Origin: an uncultured Lachnospiraceae bacterium
GTDB lineage: Bacteria; Bacillota; Clostridia; Christensenellales; UBA1242
Direction: 5' to 3'
NCBI GenBank assembly: GCA_964653635.1
Contig: CAZZGZ010000001.1
Coordinates: 139,986-203,668 of the forward strand
Length of the DNA stretch: 63,683 bases
Below, piece after piece: positions 63,515 through 63,683 of the stretch. How positions within the stretch are numbered: the stretch's first letter is position 1; every line of letters starts with the position of its first letter. A program made the translations under genes and the position numbers. The notes below the pieces were generated by a model, which was given only the letters and a program-made list of their open reading frames with translations, had not been told where the DNA came from and did no database searches.

Positions 63515-63683
63515 ATTTTCTCCTATAAATTATTTTATGAATTTAAGAAAAATATATAAATCTTATTTATTAATACCATAATTTAAAAAAAACTACAAAT
63601 AATTTAACCAATATTTTAAACTTGTTATAAAAAACCTTATTCATCAATAACACTTTAAATATTTCTAATCTAAAATTTTGATT

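Overview
AT-rich chromosomal core region of a low-GC, probably endospore-forming Firmicute (Clostridia-like; inferred from gene content). It uses the standard genetic code, and most genes lie on the minus strand. Housekeeping content: ftsK/spoIIIE, pnp-rpsO, recJ-rel-hemZ, fakA-rpmB-spoVM, dnaG-sigA, groESL, a fragmented dcw cluster (ftsQAZ, murA, murE-mraY-murD-ftsW), the ffh-rpsP-rimM-trmD-rbgA-rplS block, lepA-hemW and gap. It also has four tRNAs and an accessory patch after tRNA-Leu(TAA) with att-like repeats, pseudogenes, hypothetical genes, a Ku/split-LigD NHEJ operon and a GH93-like hydrolase. Main unexplained signals: (1) a 43-bp tripartite motif with fixed spacing, found 8 times at gene ends or junctions, 7 of 8 in one orientation; (2) an ORF directly downstream of ftsK built from tandem FtsK-gamma-like winged helices; (3) a long Rel whose hydrolase domain looks dead; (4) a rare tRNA-Leu with anticodon AAG; (5) a 313-bp segment bounded by perfect 35-bp inverted repeats. 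All calls were made by eye, without database searches.
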